Assembly: GCA_963696385.1 (NCBI GenBank)
Contig: CAVOKF010000007.1
Location: 672,001 to 736,000, forward strand
Reading direction: 5' to 3'
Origin: an uncultured delta proteobacterium
GTDB lineage: Bacteria; Myxococcota_A; Polyangia; Polyangiales; Polyangiaceae
DNA: 64,000 bases
Numbering within the stretch: position 1 is the first letter of the stretch; each line of letters starts with the position of its first letter. Of this stretch, positions 20,865 through 30,378 are shown in pieces. Both the position numbers and the translations under genes were made by a program. The notes beneath the pieces were generated by a model. It saw only the letters and a program-made list of their open reading frames with translations. It was not told the origin of the DNA and did not search any database.

Positions 20865-20892
20865 GTAGCACCGTTTTTAAGGATCGTGTTAC
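20865..20892. promoter_or_regulatory. NikR-like 28-bp palindrome, copy 2
   Basis: GTAGCAC-CGTTTTTAAGGATC-GTGTTAC upstream of tonB. Confidence 0.72.
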
Positions 20893-20998
20893 CCGGTCGC
20901 ATCTCGGCGAACGCAGTCCTCGGCGTAGAAGACGAAGAGTACCGTGTCATCCAGCGTTTCCGTCCGCTCGGCGCCAACGGAGCACTCGCTCGCGCTCG

Positions 20999-21703
20999 CT
21001 ACCGCGGGATCCAGTGCGGAGCGGCCGACAGCAAGCCTCGCACGAAGACGAAGTCGTAGGCGAGGAAGGCACCGAACGCGACGCTCGCAAGCCCCGACGC
21101 GCCCGCCAGCCATCCCTGGATGCGATCGACGCGACGCGACGCGAACGAGAACGGCAGACCGAGAGCCGTGGTCAACACCATCATCCCGGCGATCGTGCCG
21201 ACGCCGAACACGATGAGGTAGGCGAGGCCCCAGCGCGCGTCGTGAATCGTTGCGAGGACCAGGAGTGCGACCGCCGCCGAGCCCGCCAGGCCATGCACGA
21301 CACCAATGAGCAGCGGTCGCCACCGAATGAGAGACCGTGGCGCCGTACGCCCTCGTGGCCTTCTCTCGAACGGTGACTCGCTGTCGTGCTGGACAGGATC
21401 GCGCCGATGAAGGCGTACCACCGCGCCCGAGAGGTTCATCGCGCCGAGCACAACCAGCATGATCGCCACCGTGAACTCCAGGCCGAGCCCGACGCGCGCC
21501 GGAATCACGACTTCGAACAGGACGATCGCCCCCCCGACGAACAAAAGCGTTGCCGTATGACCGAGCCCCCAGAGCGCGCCGATGAGCGAAGAGGTCCACA
21601 AACGGCGCTCGCGCACGACGATGGTCGTCACGGCGACGACATGGTCGGGATCGGTCGCGTGGCGCATCCCGAGCAGAAAGCCGAGCAACAGGATGGACAG
21701 CAC
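20999..21703 (-). CDS. NiCoT/UreH-type high-affinity nickel/cobalt permease
   Basis: GMRHATDPDHVVAV (RHAxDxDH signature), WGLGHT, GVVHGLAGSA; multiple TM segments; GTG start inferred. Confidence 0.9.
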   Translation of the reverse strand: MLSILLLGFLLGMRHATDPDHVVAVTTIVVRERRLWTSSLIGALWGLGHTATLLFVGGAIVLFEVVIPARVGLGLEFTVAIMLVVLGAMNLSGAVVRLHRRDPVQHDSESPFERRPRGRTAPRSLIRWRPLLIGVVHGLAGSAAVALLVLATIHDARWGLAYLIVFGVGTIAGMMVLTTALGLPFSFASRRVDRIQGWLAGASGLASVAFGAFLAYDFVFVRGLLSAAPHWIPR

Positions 21704-21737
21704 GAAGGACCTGCGAGCGGTGGCGTCGGGCCCCTTC

Positions 21738-21765
21738 GTAGCATGATATCCAGCATTCGTACTAC
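21738..21765. promoter_or_regulatory. NikR-like 28-bp palindrome, copy 3
   Basis: GTAGCAT-GATATCCAGCATTC-GTACTAC about 35 nt upstream of the permease start. Confidence 0.68.
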
Positions 21766-21937
21766 GACTTGATCGGGAGTGAATGCGCAAGCCGGCTCGG
21801 CATTTCACCCACGGGTCGCGCATCCTGGCCGACTCGTGGGACCCTGACGACCACGGTCGCCCGTCGCGGCGGTTGGCCGGATCGCGCCGAAAGGCTTCGC
21901 AGGGGCGGGACCGCTCGGCAAGGTCGGCGCACGCGAT

Positions 21938-23171
21938 CTAGGGTGAATCGCTGACTCCGCCGTCGCTTTCGCAGTAGAACCTCACGGGCTCTGCGGCATC
22001 GACGCACTCGGTGAGCTGCACGTCGGGGGCTTGCCCGCCGAGACACTGGTGTCCTTGCTCTATCTCTCCGCGTGCTTCGATGCCCACGAGCGCACCGCTC
22101 TGCGGGTCGTAGTAATAAAAGACGGACGTATCCGTGGCGCCGACGACGGCGATGTCGAAGCCCTCGCAGTCGGTGGCGTAAGCGAGTTCGGCATAAGGGA
22201 ACTTCGAACACCAGGTCGAGGGCTGCGTCGCAATGGACCACTCGGCGACGCACGAGAACCCGCCAATGAATGACAAGGACCCCCTAGCGCCAGCGTCCGC
22301 GCAGGCCTCTTGGATGGAGGGACAGGACTCCGCCTCGGCCGACGCGTCGCCGCCCGTGTCGGAGGTGGATGCGTCGGCGCTCGCGTCCGTCGTCGCGTCG
22401 GACGAATAGGCGCTCGCGTCCGCGGGAATCCCGGAGCACGCGCCGCTTCCGACTTCGCCGACGATGGCGTAGCCACCCTGCGACACGGTCGCTTGCATGA
22501 AGCCCGCGTTCACGTAGCTGCTCGAAAGGGGCGCGAGCGTGCACGGGTCCGACGACGAGGACCAGAAGACGGCCAGGCTGGCCGCCGTTGCCGACGAACC
22601 AGGTGCGGCTCCCGTCGGGCCGGCGCTGACGCTGACTCCGCTCGCATTGCTGAAAGGAATGGTCAGGCTCGCCGGCTCGGACAAGATCGAAATCGATCGG
22701 ATCGATCCGATAGACGGGCGACCAGTCTGCGAAGCCATCGGGAGGCGCCATGGCCGTCTCGGTCACCGTGATCGTCGTGTCCGACGCGACGGCGCCCGGC
22801 GGCACCCGGAGCGAGAAGGGGACGCCGGAGACGATGCCTTGCTGGCCCTCGATCGTCACGGTTCCGCCGGACGGCCCGATTGTAGCCGACGCGGTCTCGT
22901 TCACTCCGCGCGGGCACTCGACGGCTTCGGTTGGCCCCGGTCGACGGGTGCACAAGCAGGTCGCTTCCGCGGGTGACCCGCTCGCGTCGCCACCATCGGG
23001 AACGTCGACGACCAAGGTGGTGCATTGCGGGCCGCCAAGAGCGTCCGAGGCCGGACCGGCGTCTTGCGGTCCGACGTCGAGAAGCGCCCCCCGACAGGCG
23101 CTGGCAAGCAACAGCAAGAGGAGCGCCGCTTGGTCGGTCGAAGGACGGCGTACGAGAATCTTGGGACTCAT
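21938..23171 (-). CDS. Cys-rich lipoprotein with ZU5-like domain; frameshift at ~22683
   Basis: Lipobox ASAC; TIGPSGGTV..LRVPPGAVASDTTITV ZU5-like pattern. Deleting one base gives DFDLSEPASLTIPF and joins ORF 21938..22738. Confidence 0.7.
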
Positions 23172-23334
23172 GTGGGGCTCGATCGGCGCTGGCGCGTTTT
23201 GAGGTCTCGAGGAGAACTTGGGACGACCGACTCGCTTTTATGATCGCGCAAGCGCGGGTCGAGAAAGCGGATGACCCGCGGATGACCGTTGAGGCCCTTG
23301 CATCGATGGCTCGCCGTACGTTCTTCTCCGGCCG

Positions 23335-24453
23335 GTGCCGAACCGCTTTGCCCGAGGTCGCGTCTGGGTGACCGCGTGCGTGGTCACCTCTCTGATGACA
23401 TGGGCCCTCGGTGTGCGCGCCGGCCCATCCGCACGCCTTGTGTACGCGCGCGCCGAGAGTGCGCAGTCGTGTCCGGACGAGGAAGCCGTTCATAGGGCCG
23501 TCGTGACGCGTCTCGGATACGACCCGTTCGTGCTCTGGGCGCCGACGACCCTCGTCGTCGACGTGTCTCGCAGCGGCGATCGATTCGTCGCCGTCGTGCG
23601 CCTCCTCGATGTGCACGGCATGGAACAAGGTATTCGCCGCTTGACGACGCGCCGCGATCAATGTGCCGATCTCGTGGGAGCCCTCGCGCTCACGATCAGC
23701 ATCGTCATCGATCCCTTCAGTGCCGCGTCGACGCGGCCGCCGTCCGACGCGCCTTCGAGTGCGTCTTCCACCTTGCCGCCTGCAGGGGCGGCCAATACGG
23801 CCGACTCTTCGTCGGCCGTCGGGGACGCGGCCGCTGCTCCGCGCGCTTCCGGCGAGCAAGCCGCGCCGACGAGCGACGTGGCCCAGGTTCCGACGCCCCG
23901 GCCCGTGGACGCTTCTGCTCAGGCGCCCCTCGGACGATTGGACGAGCGCCCCTCGTCCGTCTCCGAATCGCTCCGGGGGTTTATCGGCGTGGCCGCGTTT
24001 GGCGGGCTTGGTTTCGCTCCCTCACCGACAGCGGGAGCGGGCGCGGTCCTGGGCGCCCGCTGGCGTGATTTTTCGCTCGAGATCGACGGAGCGGCGACAC
24101 TGGCCGGAGCGCGCAAGACCGACTCCGGTACGGTTCGGGCGTGGTCGGTCATCGCCGAGGCGGCCGCGTGCATCTCGTTCCGCGTGGCGTTTGCCTGCGG
24201 CATCGCGGCCGCCGAACGCATCGACGCTTGGGCCGACATTCCGCAATCGCGGAGCCGGGCCGCCACCGACGGGCTCCTTGGCGGTCGCCTGGGTCTGGAG
24301 GTTCCGCTCCCTCACGGTCCGGCCCTTCGAGGGTTTGGCGAACTGCTCGGGCGTCCCGCGCGCGCGACGATCGTCGACGGGCCGGCCACCTACTTCTTCC
24401 CACCTGTAGCCGCCTCGGCCGGGCTCGCAGCCGTATTTCGCTTTGGGTCATAA
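23335..24453 (+). CDS. Exported/outer-membrane hypothetical protein of an ECF triplet
   Basis: Signal peptide, SCPD..LGYDPF..RRL..CADLV domain, Ser/Ala linker, Gly-rich amphipathic beta-strand C-terminus. Confidence 0.7.
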   Translation: MPNRFARGRVWVTACVVTSLMTWALGVRAGPSARLVYARAESAQSCPDEEAVHRAVVTRLGYDPFVLWAPTTLVVDVSRSGDRFVAVVRLLDVHGMEQGIRRLTTRRDQCADLVGALALTISIVIDPFSAASTRPPSDAPSSASSTLPPAGAANTADSSSAVGDAAAAPRASGEQAAPTSDVAQVPTPRPVDASAQAPLGRLDERPSSVSESLRGFIGVAAFGGLGFAPSPTAGAGAVLGARWRDFSLEIDGAATLAGARKTDSGTVRAWSVIAEAAACISFRVAFACGIAAAERIDAWADIPQSRSRAATDGLLGGRLGLEVPLPHGPALRGFGELLGRPARATIVDGPATYFFPPVAASAGLAAVFRFGS

Positions 24454-25019
24454 TGCGGACGACGTCGTCCCAAGTTTCTTCGATGCCTTCGGGCGGCGCA
24501 CGGCACACCGTGTCCGGCAGTACCGACTTCCGCGACGTCTTCGACGGTGAATTCGCCTACGTCTGGACCTCGCTTCGTCGCCTCGGCGTCGCACCACGCG
24601 ACCTTGAAGACGTGACGCACGATGTACTCTTCGAAGTCTTTCGCAACCTCGACCGCTACGATTCGGCGCGGCCACTGCGTCCATGGCTCTTTGCGTTCGC
24701 GTTTCGGTTCGCTTCCGACTATCGCCGCAGCGCGCGGAATCGACTCGAAGTCTATGGGGCTTCCATCGAGCCAACGACCGCACCCCAAGGCGAAGAAGCT
24801 GTCGCGGCGCGGGAGTCGAGAGCGCTCGTCGCGGCGGCGCTCGAGCACGTGGACTTGGCGCGACGTGCGGTCTTCATCCTGCATGACATCGAGGAGTGGT
24901 CGATGCGCGAAATCGCAGAGTGTCTCGGCGTCCCTCTACAGACTGCCTACTCTCGCCTGCACACGGCACGCACCGAATTCATAGCCGCTGCGCGAAATCT
25001 CCAGCGAGGGGGCCCATGA
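24453..25019 (+). CDS. ECF sigma-70 factor
   Basis: TAATG overlap; VWTSLRRLGV..LEDVTHDV..RPWLFAFA; region 4 RAVFILHDIEE..EIAECLGVPLQTAYSRL. Confidence 0.93.
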   Translation: MRTTSSQVSSMPSGGARHTVSGSTDFRDVFDGEFAYVWTSLRRLGVAPRDLEDVTHDVLFEVFRNLDRYDSARPLRPWLFAFAFRFASDYRRSARNRLEVYGASIEPTTAPQGEEAVAARESRALVAAALEHVDLARRAVFILHDIEEWSMREIAECLGVPLQTAYSRLHTARTEFIAAARNLQRGGP

Positions 25020-25780
25020 CGACCAAACCTCCGCCGCTCGATCCGGCAACACGCGGTCTTCTCGAGGCCGAGCGTCATGCCGTCTCGGCCCCGCTCGACG
25101 CCAAGGCGCGCGCTCTTAGCCGCCTGCTCGCTACGATCGCCGAGGTGAACGTCGCGGCCGCTCGCTCCAGCGAAGGGCCGCCTGCCCGTGCGCGCTCCCT
25201 GAACACCCGGGCATCGCCATCGGGCGCGTCGGCGAGCGGAACTTCAGCCTGGCGAGCCGCATGGGTGGCGCGGCCCCTGCCTCTCGTCGTCGCGTTTGGT
25301 CTCGGGGCCGCCGCGGGCGTCGGCGCTTGGAGCTCATGGCACCCGCGAGTCCCCGTCAGCCTGGCCCGACCGACGTCGTCAGCACCTGAGATCGCGAGTC
25401 GCGTGTCGTCGATTCCTTCCCAATCCGGTAACGCGCCGTCGCTCGAGGTCACACCTCCTGCGGGCTCGGGGCCTCGCGGCGAAGCGCGCAGCGATCGCCT
25501 GGCCGGCGACAGCCTCGCCGAAGAACGCCGTCTGCTCGATCTGGCACGCGCCGATCTGGCTCGCGGCGAAGGAGACGAAGTGCTCGCTACGCTTGGCCGT
25601 CACGAAGCGTTGTTTCGAAACGGCCAGCTCGCCGAAGAGCGTGAGGCGATCGCAATCAAGGCGCTCCTTCTGCTCGGACGCAACAGTGAGGCGCGATCGC
25701 GCGTCGTACGCTTTCGCCAACGCTACCCCCACAGCGTGATGCTGCCCGCCATCGACGCCGCGATGTCGGCGGCGAAATGA
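25016..25780 (+). CDS. Probable anti-sigma factor (single TM, C-terminal TPR-like)
   Basis: ATGA overlap with sigma gene; TM LVVAFGLGAAAGVGAW; SLAEERRLLDLAR..GQLAEERE..FRQRYPHS. Confidence 0.75.
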   Translation: MTTKPPPLDPATRGLLEAERHAVSAPLDAKARALSRLLATIAEVNVAAARSSEGPPARARSLNTRASPSGASASGTSAWRAAWVARPLPLVVAFGLGAAAGVGAWSSWHPRVPVSLARPTSSAPEIASRVSSIPSQSGNAPSLEVTPPAGSGPRGEARSDRLAGDSLAEERRLLDLARADLARGEGDEVLATLGRHEALFRNGQLAEEREAIAIKALLLLGRNSEARSRVVRFRQRYPHSVMLPAIDAAMSAAK

Positions 25781-25894
25781 ACGACCGTTGTCTACGGTGA
25801 GGGCCAGAGGTCGGACCGCGGCCGTCCCGGGCCCCCATTCAGCGAGGCTCCGGCGCCTCACGACCCAACGCGGGGCGGGTTCGCAAGGGGGCCG

Positions 25895-25910
25895 TGGCAC
25901 GCAAAGTGCT
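25895..25910 (+). promoter_or_regulatory. Sigma54-type promoter
   Basis: TGGCACGCAAAGTGCT (GG-N10-GC) upstream of the small membrane protein gene. Confidence 0.65.
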
Positions 25911-25978
25911 TCGCCCTGGGTACGACGGGCGCTTGGGCGCCTTCGAAAACCAAGGATTCGTAATTCAGAGAGGTCATC

Positions 25979-26128
25979 ATGCTTTGGACAGTCGCCGTCG
26001 TGTTTCTCGTTTTGTGGGCGATGGGCTTCCTCGCGTTCCACGTCACCAGCGGCCTCATCCACCTGCTGCTGCTCGCCGCCGTCATCGTGGTGGTCTTGCA
26101 GTTGGTTTCCGGTCGGCGCACCGCCTGA
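25979..26128 (+). CDS. lmo0937-family (DUF5670) small membrane protein, 49 aa
   Basis: Below ORF-track cutoff: MLWTVAVVFLVLWAMGFLAFHVTSGLIHLLLLAAVIVVVLQLVSGRRTA; SD GAGAGG. Confidence 0.88.
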   Translation: MLWTVAVVFLVLWAMGFLAFHVTSGLIHLLLLAAVIVVVLQLVSGRRTA

Positions 26129-26194
26129 TCCAGGTCTCGAGCGCGCTCGGCTCCGGAAGCCGCTTTTGCGTCTACTTCCGCTCGCGGAGGCGTC

Positions 26195-26420
26195 ATGAAG
26201 GCCGAATCGAGTCAGGACGGCGAGGAGAGCTGGGGGTCGTGCCGCGGAGCGCGCATCTTGGTCGTCGACGACGACCCCGACATGCGTGCACTTCTGGCTT
26301 CTCGTTTAGAGAAGGTGGGGTGCGTCGCTCGCGAGGCGGCCTCCGGCCTGGAAGCCCAAGGCATTCTCGCTTCGAGCGATCCGGCCTACCCCGACCGCGA
26401 TCCCCCCCGATCGCGATTCG
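26195..26420 (+). pseudogene. Truncated response-regulator receiver fragment
   Basis: RILVVDDDPDMRALLASRLEKVG..EAASGLEA; similarity ends before the phospho-Asp strand and the frame runs into the convergent gene. Confidence 0.5.
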
Positions 26421-26428
26421 GGTACCTC

Positions 26429-27103
26429 CTAAAACAGGATGTCGGCGTGGCCGCCCAAGGCGAGCCACTGGATCGCGTAGGGCTGTGCATCAATGCTCGC
26501 GTATTCGATATGCGCACCGATGCCGAGATGCGGGATGAAATGGAAGTCCAGAGCGCCGCCCACGTCGAACGCGAAGCCTGACGCACCCTGCACGTCCGGA
26601 TCGCCGGTGATCTGCCAGCCGTAGCCCAGGTGTGCATAGACCACCGGCTGGACGAGTTGGCCGAAGGCCAAACGCGCCCCGGCAAACACGCGGTGCAGGT
26701 CCCAGTCGTACGCGTCGCCGACGTCGTCCGTCGCGAAGAGGTGCTCATAGCCGTAGCCAATCTCGGGCGTGATGCGCAGCCACCGACGCAAACGGATCTG
26801 CTCGCCTGCCCGAAATTTGAAGCCGCCACCGCCATTCAGCGTGTTTCCGTCGGAGAACTGCGGGACGTTCAGCGGAACGGCCCCTTCGACGTCCACGGCA
26901 AGCATAAGTGCGTAGGGAGGTTCGCGGTACCCGTAATAGTAGTAGCGAGGGGGCGGTGGCGGCGGTCCGGGGGGCGGGCCGTAGACGTAGACAGCCTGGG
27001 CTTGAGCCGGGCGCGAAATCGCGAAGGAAGAGCATGCAAGAATCAACGCCGCGAGAAACGGAAGCGCACGACGGACGGAGCACAAATATCGCAAGGGACG
27101 CAT
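26429..27103 (-). CDS. Outer-membrane beta-barrel protein
   Basis: Signal peptide AQA, Pro/Tyr-rich N-terminus, alternating strands, C-terminal ADILF; SD AGGAGG. Confidence 0.82.
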   Translation of the reverse strand: MRPLRYLCSVRRALPFLAALILACSSFAISRPAQAQAVYVYGPPPGPPPPPPRYYYYGYREPPYALMLAVDVEGAVPLNVPQFSDGNTLNGGGGFKFRAGEQIRLRRWLRITPEIGYGYEHLFATDDVGDAYDWDLHRVFAGARLAFGQLVQPVVYAHLGYGWQITGDPDVQGASGFAFDVGGALDFHFIPHLGIGAHIEYASIDAQPYAIQWLALGGHADILF

Positions 27104-27135
27104 GGCAAGGACACCTCCTGGGTGTGGTTGGGCGT

Positions 27136-27151
27136 TGCAACTGGCATTCCG
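27136..27151 (-). promoter_or_regulatory. Possible sigma54 promoter
   Basis: Minus strand CGGAATGCCAGTTGCA (GG-N10-GC) about 32 nt above the start. Confidence 0.4.
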
Positions 27152-27291
27152 GCCCGAAAACCAAGATCGACGCGCAACAGCGACGAGCTCGCAGGCCGGG
27201 GCCACCATACCCGACCTAGCTGAGCCGCACGTTCCACTGCTAGCGGAAATTAAAAGGGATAGGCGCATCCCGGGACGGCGATAACCAAGGT

Positions 27292-27522
27292 TCACTCCTT
27301 TCGCTTCGGTCCCTCCGAGAACCACCCCGTGCTCGCGCCCACCGTTGGCCCGGCTCGGGTGGTCGGCGGCTCGTAGTCGGCTTCCTCGGCCCTGATGACG
27401 AGAGCCACATGATGGTCGCCGTGCTCGTCGACCCGATGCTGGAGCCGCTCGGGTGCAACAAACCCGTGCTTCCAGAGCGTCCGGCGCAGACCGGCAACCA
27501 ACCGAAGCATGGCAACGCGCAT
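27292..27522 (-). CDS. Hypothetical protein
   Basis: 76-aa ORF filling an intergenic gap with protein-like composition; no motif recognised. Confidence 0.4.
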   Translation of the reverse strand: MRVAMLRLVAGLRRTLWKHGFVAPERLQHRVDEHGDHHVALVIRAEEADYEPPTTRAGPTVGASTGWFSEGPKRKE

Positions 27523-27669
27523 ACCTGAACGTTTGTATCGTTATCGCCGTGCGTCAAGCGCGCCGGATTCGCGCCATGGCGCCCCACCTCTCGTCCGGAC
27601 CGAGGGCCGTCCGACGCAGCCGAAAATCGGGCCGGCGGTCACCGACCGTCCTAGTGGTACACGTCCCGG

Positions 27670-27873
27670 ATGCGCGCTCTCTTACTCTGGACCGTGGTCC
27701 TCTCGGGGTGTCCGGCCGGCCCGTCCGGCGGCTCAAAGAGCAACGAGCCGGTGACGACCTGCGCGATCGTCGGTCAATCCTGCCTCTTCGCACCCGGAAA
27801 ACTCGGCCTTTGTGTCGAGCGCACTGGGCCCTGCGAAGGCAGCGGATGCATCATTTGCCAATCGCAGCACTGA
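27670..27873 (+). CDS. Small Cys-rich lipoprotein
   Basis: Lipobox LSGC plus six further Cys in ~35 aa. Confidence 0.7.
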   Translation: MRALLLWTVVLSGCPAGPSGGSKSNEPVTTCAIVGQSCLFAPGKLGLCVERTGPCEGSGCIICQSQH

Positions 27874-27904
27874 ACCGTCGAACCCTCACTCAGGTGAAAC
27901 GCCA

Positions 27905-28780
27905 ATGCTCATGTTCAAAAAGCCATTACGCCTGGCCGCCTCAATTCTGGGGGCAAGCGCGTTCACCGGGATCGCGGCGTGCTCCACGCGCGAAACCCGT
28001 GAGACCGGCAGCAGCACCGCGCGACCCTCGAGCCGATCCAGCGGATCGACAGCCACTGCCCGGATCGGCCCAGACAGCGGGAGCATCCGCCCGGTAAGCG
28101 CGGGCCTGGATGAGGCCACGCGTGCGAGGCGCCTGATCGACGACCAGTCGGCGACGACGGGATCGCGGATCACGATGACGGCCCTGGCCGTGCCGCGCGG
28201 AGCCCGACTGGGCTCCTGGTACACGTACGGATCGAATGCGGCTGCCGGCGCCGCGATCACCCCTGCGCCAGGCGCCCCGTTCGAATTCACCACGTTCGAC
28301 TCGGGTCCATTTCCGCACGCGGCGTGCGTGCGATCGCCGGGCTTCGTCGGACTCTTCGCGGGGGAAGGGTTCACCTTCGCTACGATGATCGGCAACGCGG
28401 CCCGTCCTGCGGGCGTTCCGCTCGATATCCACGCGTTCACGGGCTTGACGTTTTGGGCGATGAGCACCCTGCGTACCTGGCTTCGCGTCCGAATCCAGGA
28501 TCACCAAACCGACGGTCTTGACCCCACCGCGATTTGTCACCATCCGGATGCGGGAGGACCCTGCGACGACGACCTTTCGGCCGACAACGTGCCCCTCGGC
28601 AGCGCGTGGAGTCAGATTCTCGTGCCCTTCACGGACCTCACGCAGAATAATCTCGGAGCGCCATTTCCGGAGCTCGACGTCAAACACGTGTTTGGCGTCC
28701 GGTTCGAAGTCGAGGGATCGGCGGACGGCGGCGGCATGCCGTTCGAGTTCTGCGTGGCGCAGATCGCCTTCACTCAGTAG
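27905..28780 (+). CDS. Lipoprotein with carbohydrate-binding-like (CBM11/CIA30-like) domain
   Basis: Lipobox IAAC; GSWYTYG, DIHAFTGLTFWA, WSQILVPFTDLTQ, FEFCVAQIAF. Confidence 0.7.
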   Translation: MLMFKKPLRLAASILGASAFTGIAACSTRETRETGSSTARPSSRSSGSTATARIGPDSGSIRPVSAGLDEATRARRLIDDQSATTGSRITMTALAVPRGARLGSWYTYGSNAAAGAAITPAPGAPFEFTTFDSGPFPHAACVRSPGFVGLFAGEGFTFATMIGNAARPAGVPLDIHAFTGLTFWAMSTLRTWLRVRIQDHQTDGLDPTAICHHPDAGGPCDDDLSADNVPLGSAWSQILVPFTDLTQNNLGAPFPELDVKHVFGVRFEVEGSADGGGMPFEFCVAQIAFTQ

Positions 28781-28816
28781 CCGGACAGCGATCCGGCGAC
28801 TAGGGTCGGTAGCCGA

Positions 28817-30349
28817 TTGACGCGGCTATGGCAGCACGAACGGGCCCCCCGGCCGGCCGGAGGGATCGCGCCCGTGCACGTCGCGCTCGTCGATGGGATC
28901 CGGGGCCGTCGCACGGTCGGCGGCGCCCTCGTTGCCCTGGCCGCCTTGCTTGGCACCGTCACGGCGTCGGCGCGCGATTCCGACGCGGGCTTGCCCGCCC
29001 CGCCCGATCCGGATGGGCAGGCGCCGGCCGACGCCTCGGCGAAGCCGCCGGTCGCCGCACCGGAACCCTCGTCGCCCGTTCCGACTCCTCCTCGCGCGAC
29101 CGTCTCCCCAGGGAACCCCAGCCCCGAGGCGCCCCATGTACCGCGGGCGACACGCGACACCGTCGACTACGTCACCCGACGCTACGAACCCGCGGGTTTC
29201 CCGCTCATCGGCGGCGACAGCGACATCGGCTTCCAGTTCGGAGCCGTCGGAACGCTGTCGTATTTCGCAAACGGCGTCCACCCCTACCAGTGGAACATGG
29301 ATCTTCTGCTCTCGGCGAGCGTCAAACAGGGGCCGAATGGAGCCGAGATCGCCCAGCAGAGCTACCTCTGGCAGGTGGATGTTCCGAGCCTCTATGGAGG
29401 GATCCTGCGGCTCAACCCCGAGGTCTCGTACAATCACACGATCAACTATGGGTACTTCGGACTTGGCAATGCCTCGAGCGGCGCTCCACCGCCCCCTTCG
29501 AATCCAAACCCGGACCGGTACCACGAATGGATTGAATCGATCGCACAACTCCGATCTTCGGCGCGAGTGGCGATCCGAGGCCCTCTGTCCGCCCTTTTTG
29601 CGGTCCAATACCTGTACGTGGGTCCGGGCATCTACGCGGACAGCGTGCTCATGCGGGACGCCACGGCGCCCCCCAAGCCGGGCGGCGCGCCCTTCATCTA
29701 CGGGACCCGGCCTCTCAGTCTGCCGTCGATCGCCGGCGGATTCGTTTACGACTCACGAGACAACGAGGTCTTTGCACGCAAAGGGATGCTGCACGAAATC
29801 GGCGTCCGTCTGGAGCAGGGCATTCCCTTCGACGCCGACGTGCGCTACGCGGAGGCTGGTGCGATCCTGCGCGGCTTCGTTCCGCTGGGCGGACCGTTCG
29901 TCGCCGCGGGGCGACTCGTCGCGAATTTTCAATTCGGCAATGTTCCCTTTTACGATTTATTTCAGGCGGGCCCGTTCGATCAAAAGGAAATGCCCGGGGG
30001 ATCTGCGGGGATTCGGGGAGTGCCGGTAGGACGCTACCTCGGACCGATCAAGATCATCGGCAACGTCGAGCTCCGCGCGCTGCTCATGCAATTCACGGTC
30101 TTGAAGCAGAAATTCACGATCGGCAACGACGTCTTTTTCGACACGGGCCGCGTCTGGAGTGACTATTCGTTTCACTCGCCTCTCGACGGGCACGGCGTGG
30201 GGCTCAAGTACGGCGTGGGTGGAGGCATTTACGTTCTGTGGGGGCAAGCCGCGATGCTCCGGATCGAGGCCGGATACTCGCCTGACGCCGTCTCCGAAAA
30301 CCCCACCCTTCCCGTCGGGATCTACGTCAATGACCAGACGATGTTCTGA
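28817..30349 (+). CDS. Omp85 (BamA/TamA superfamily) barrel protein lacking POTRA domains
   Basis: PLIGGDSDIGFQFG, YDSRDNE, IRGVPVGRY, FFDTGRVW, C-terminal F; start uncertain. Confidence 0.82.
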   Translation: MTRLWQHERAPRPAGGIAPVHVALVDGIRGRRTVGGALVALAALLGTVTASARDSDAGLPAPPDPDGQAPADASAKPPVAAPEPSSPVPTPPRATVSPGNPSPEAPHVPRATRDTVDYVTRRYEPAGFPLIGGDSDIGFQFGAVGTLSYFANGVHPYQWNMDLLLSASVKQGPNGAEIAQQSYLWQVDVPSLYGGILRLNPEVSYNHTINYGYFGLGNASSGAPPPPSNPNPDRYHEWIESIAQLRSSARVAIRGPLSALFAVQYLYVGPGIYADSVLMRDATAPPKPGGAPFIYGTRPLSLPSIAGGFVYDSRDNEVFARKGMLHEIGVRLEQGIPFDADVRYAEAGAILRGFVPLGGPFVAAGRLVANFQFGNVPFYDLFQAGPFDQKEMPGGSAGIRGVPVGRYLGPIKIIGNVELRALLMQFTVLKQKFTIGNDVFFDTGRVWSDYSFHSPLDGHGVGLKYGVGGGIYVLWGQAAMLRIEAGYSPDAVSENPTLPVGIYVNDQTMF

Positions 30350-30378
30350 AGACTCTCGCTGCGGCGAGTGCTGTACCG

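Noticed and set aside
27392..27435. Hammerhead ribozyme (CTGATGA followed by a stem)
   Set aside because: The required GAAA after stem II is absent and the segment lies in a plausible ORF
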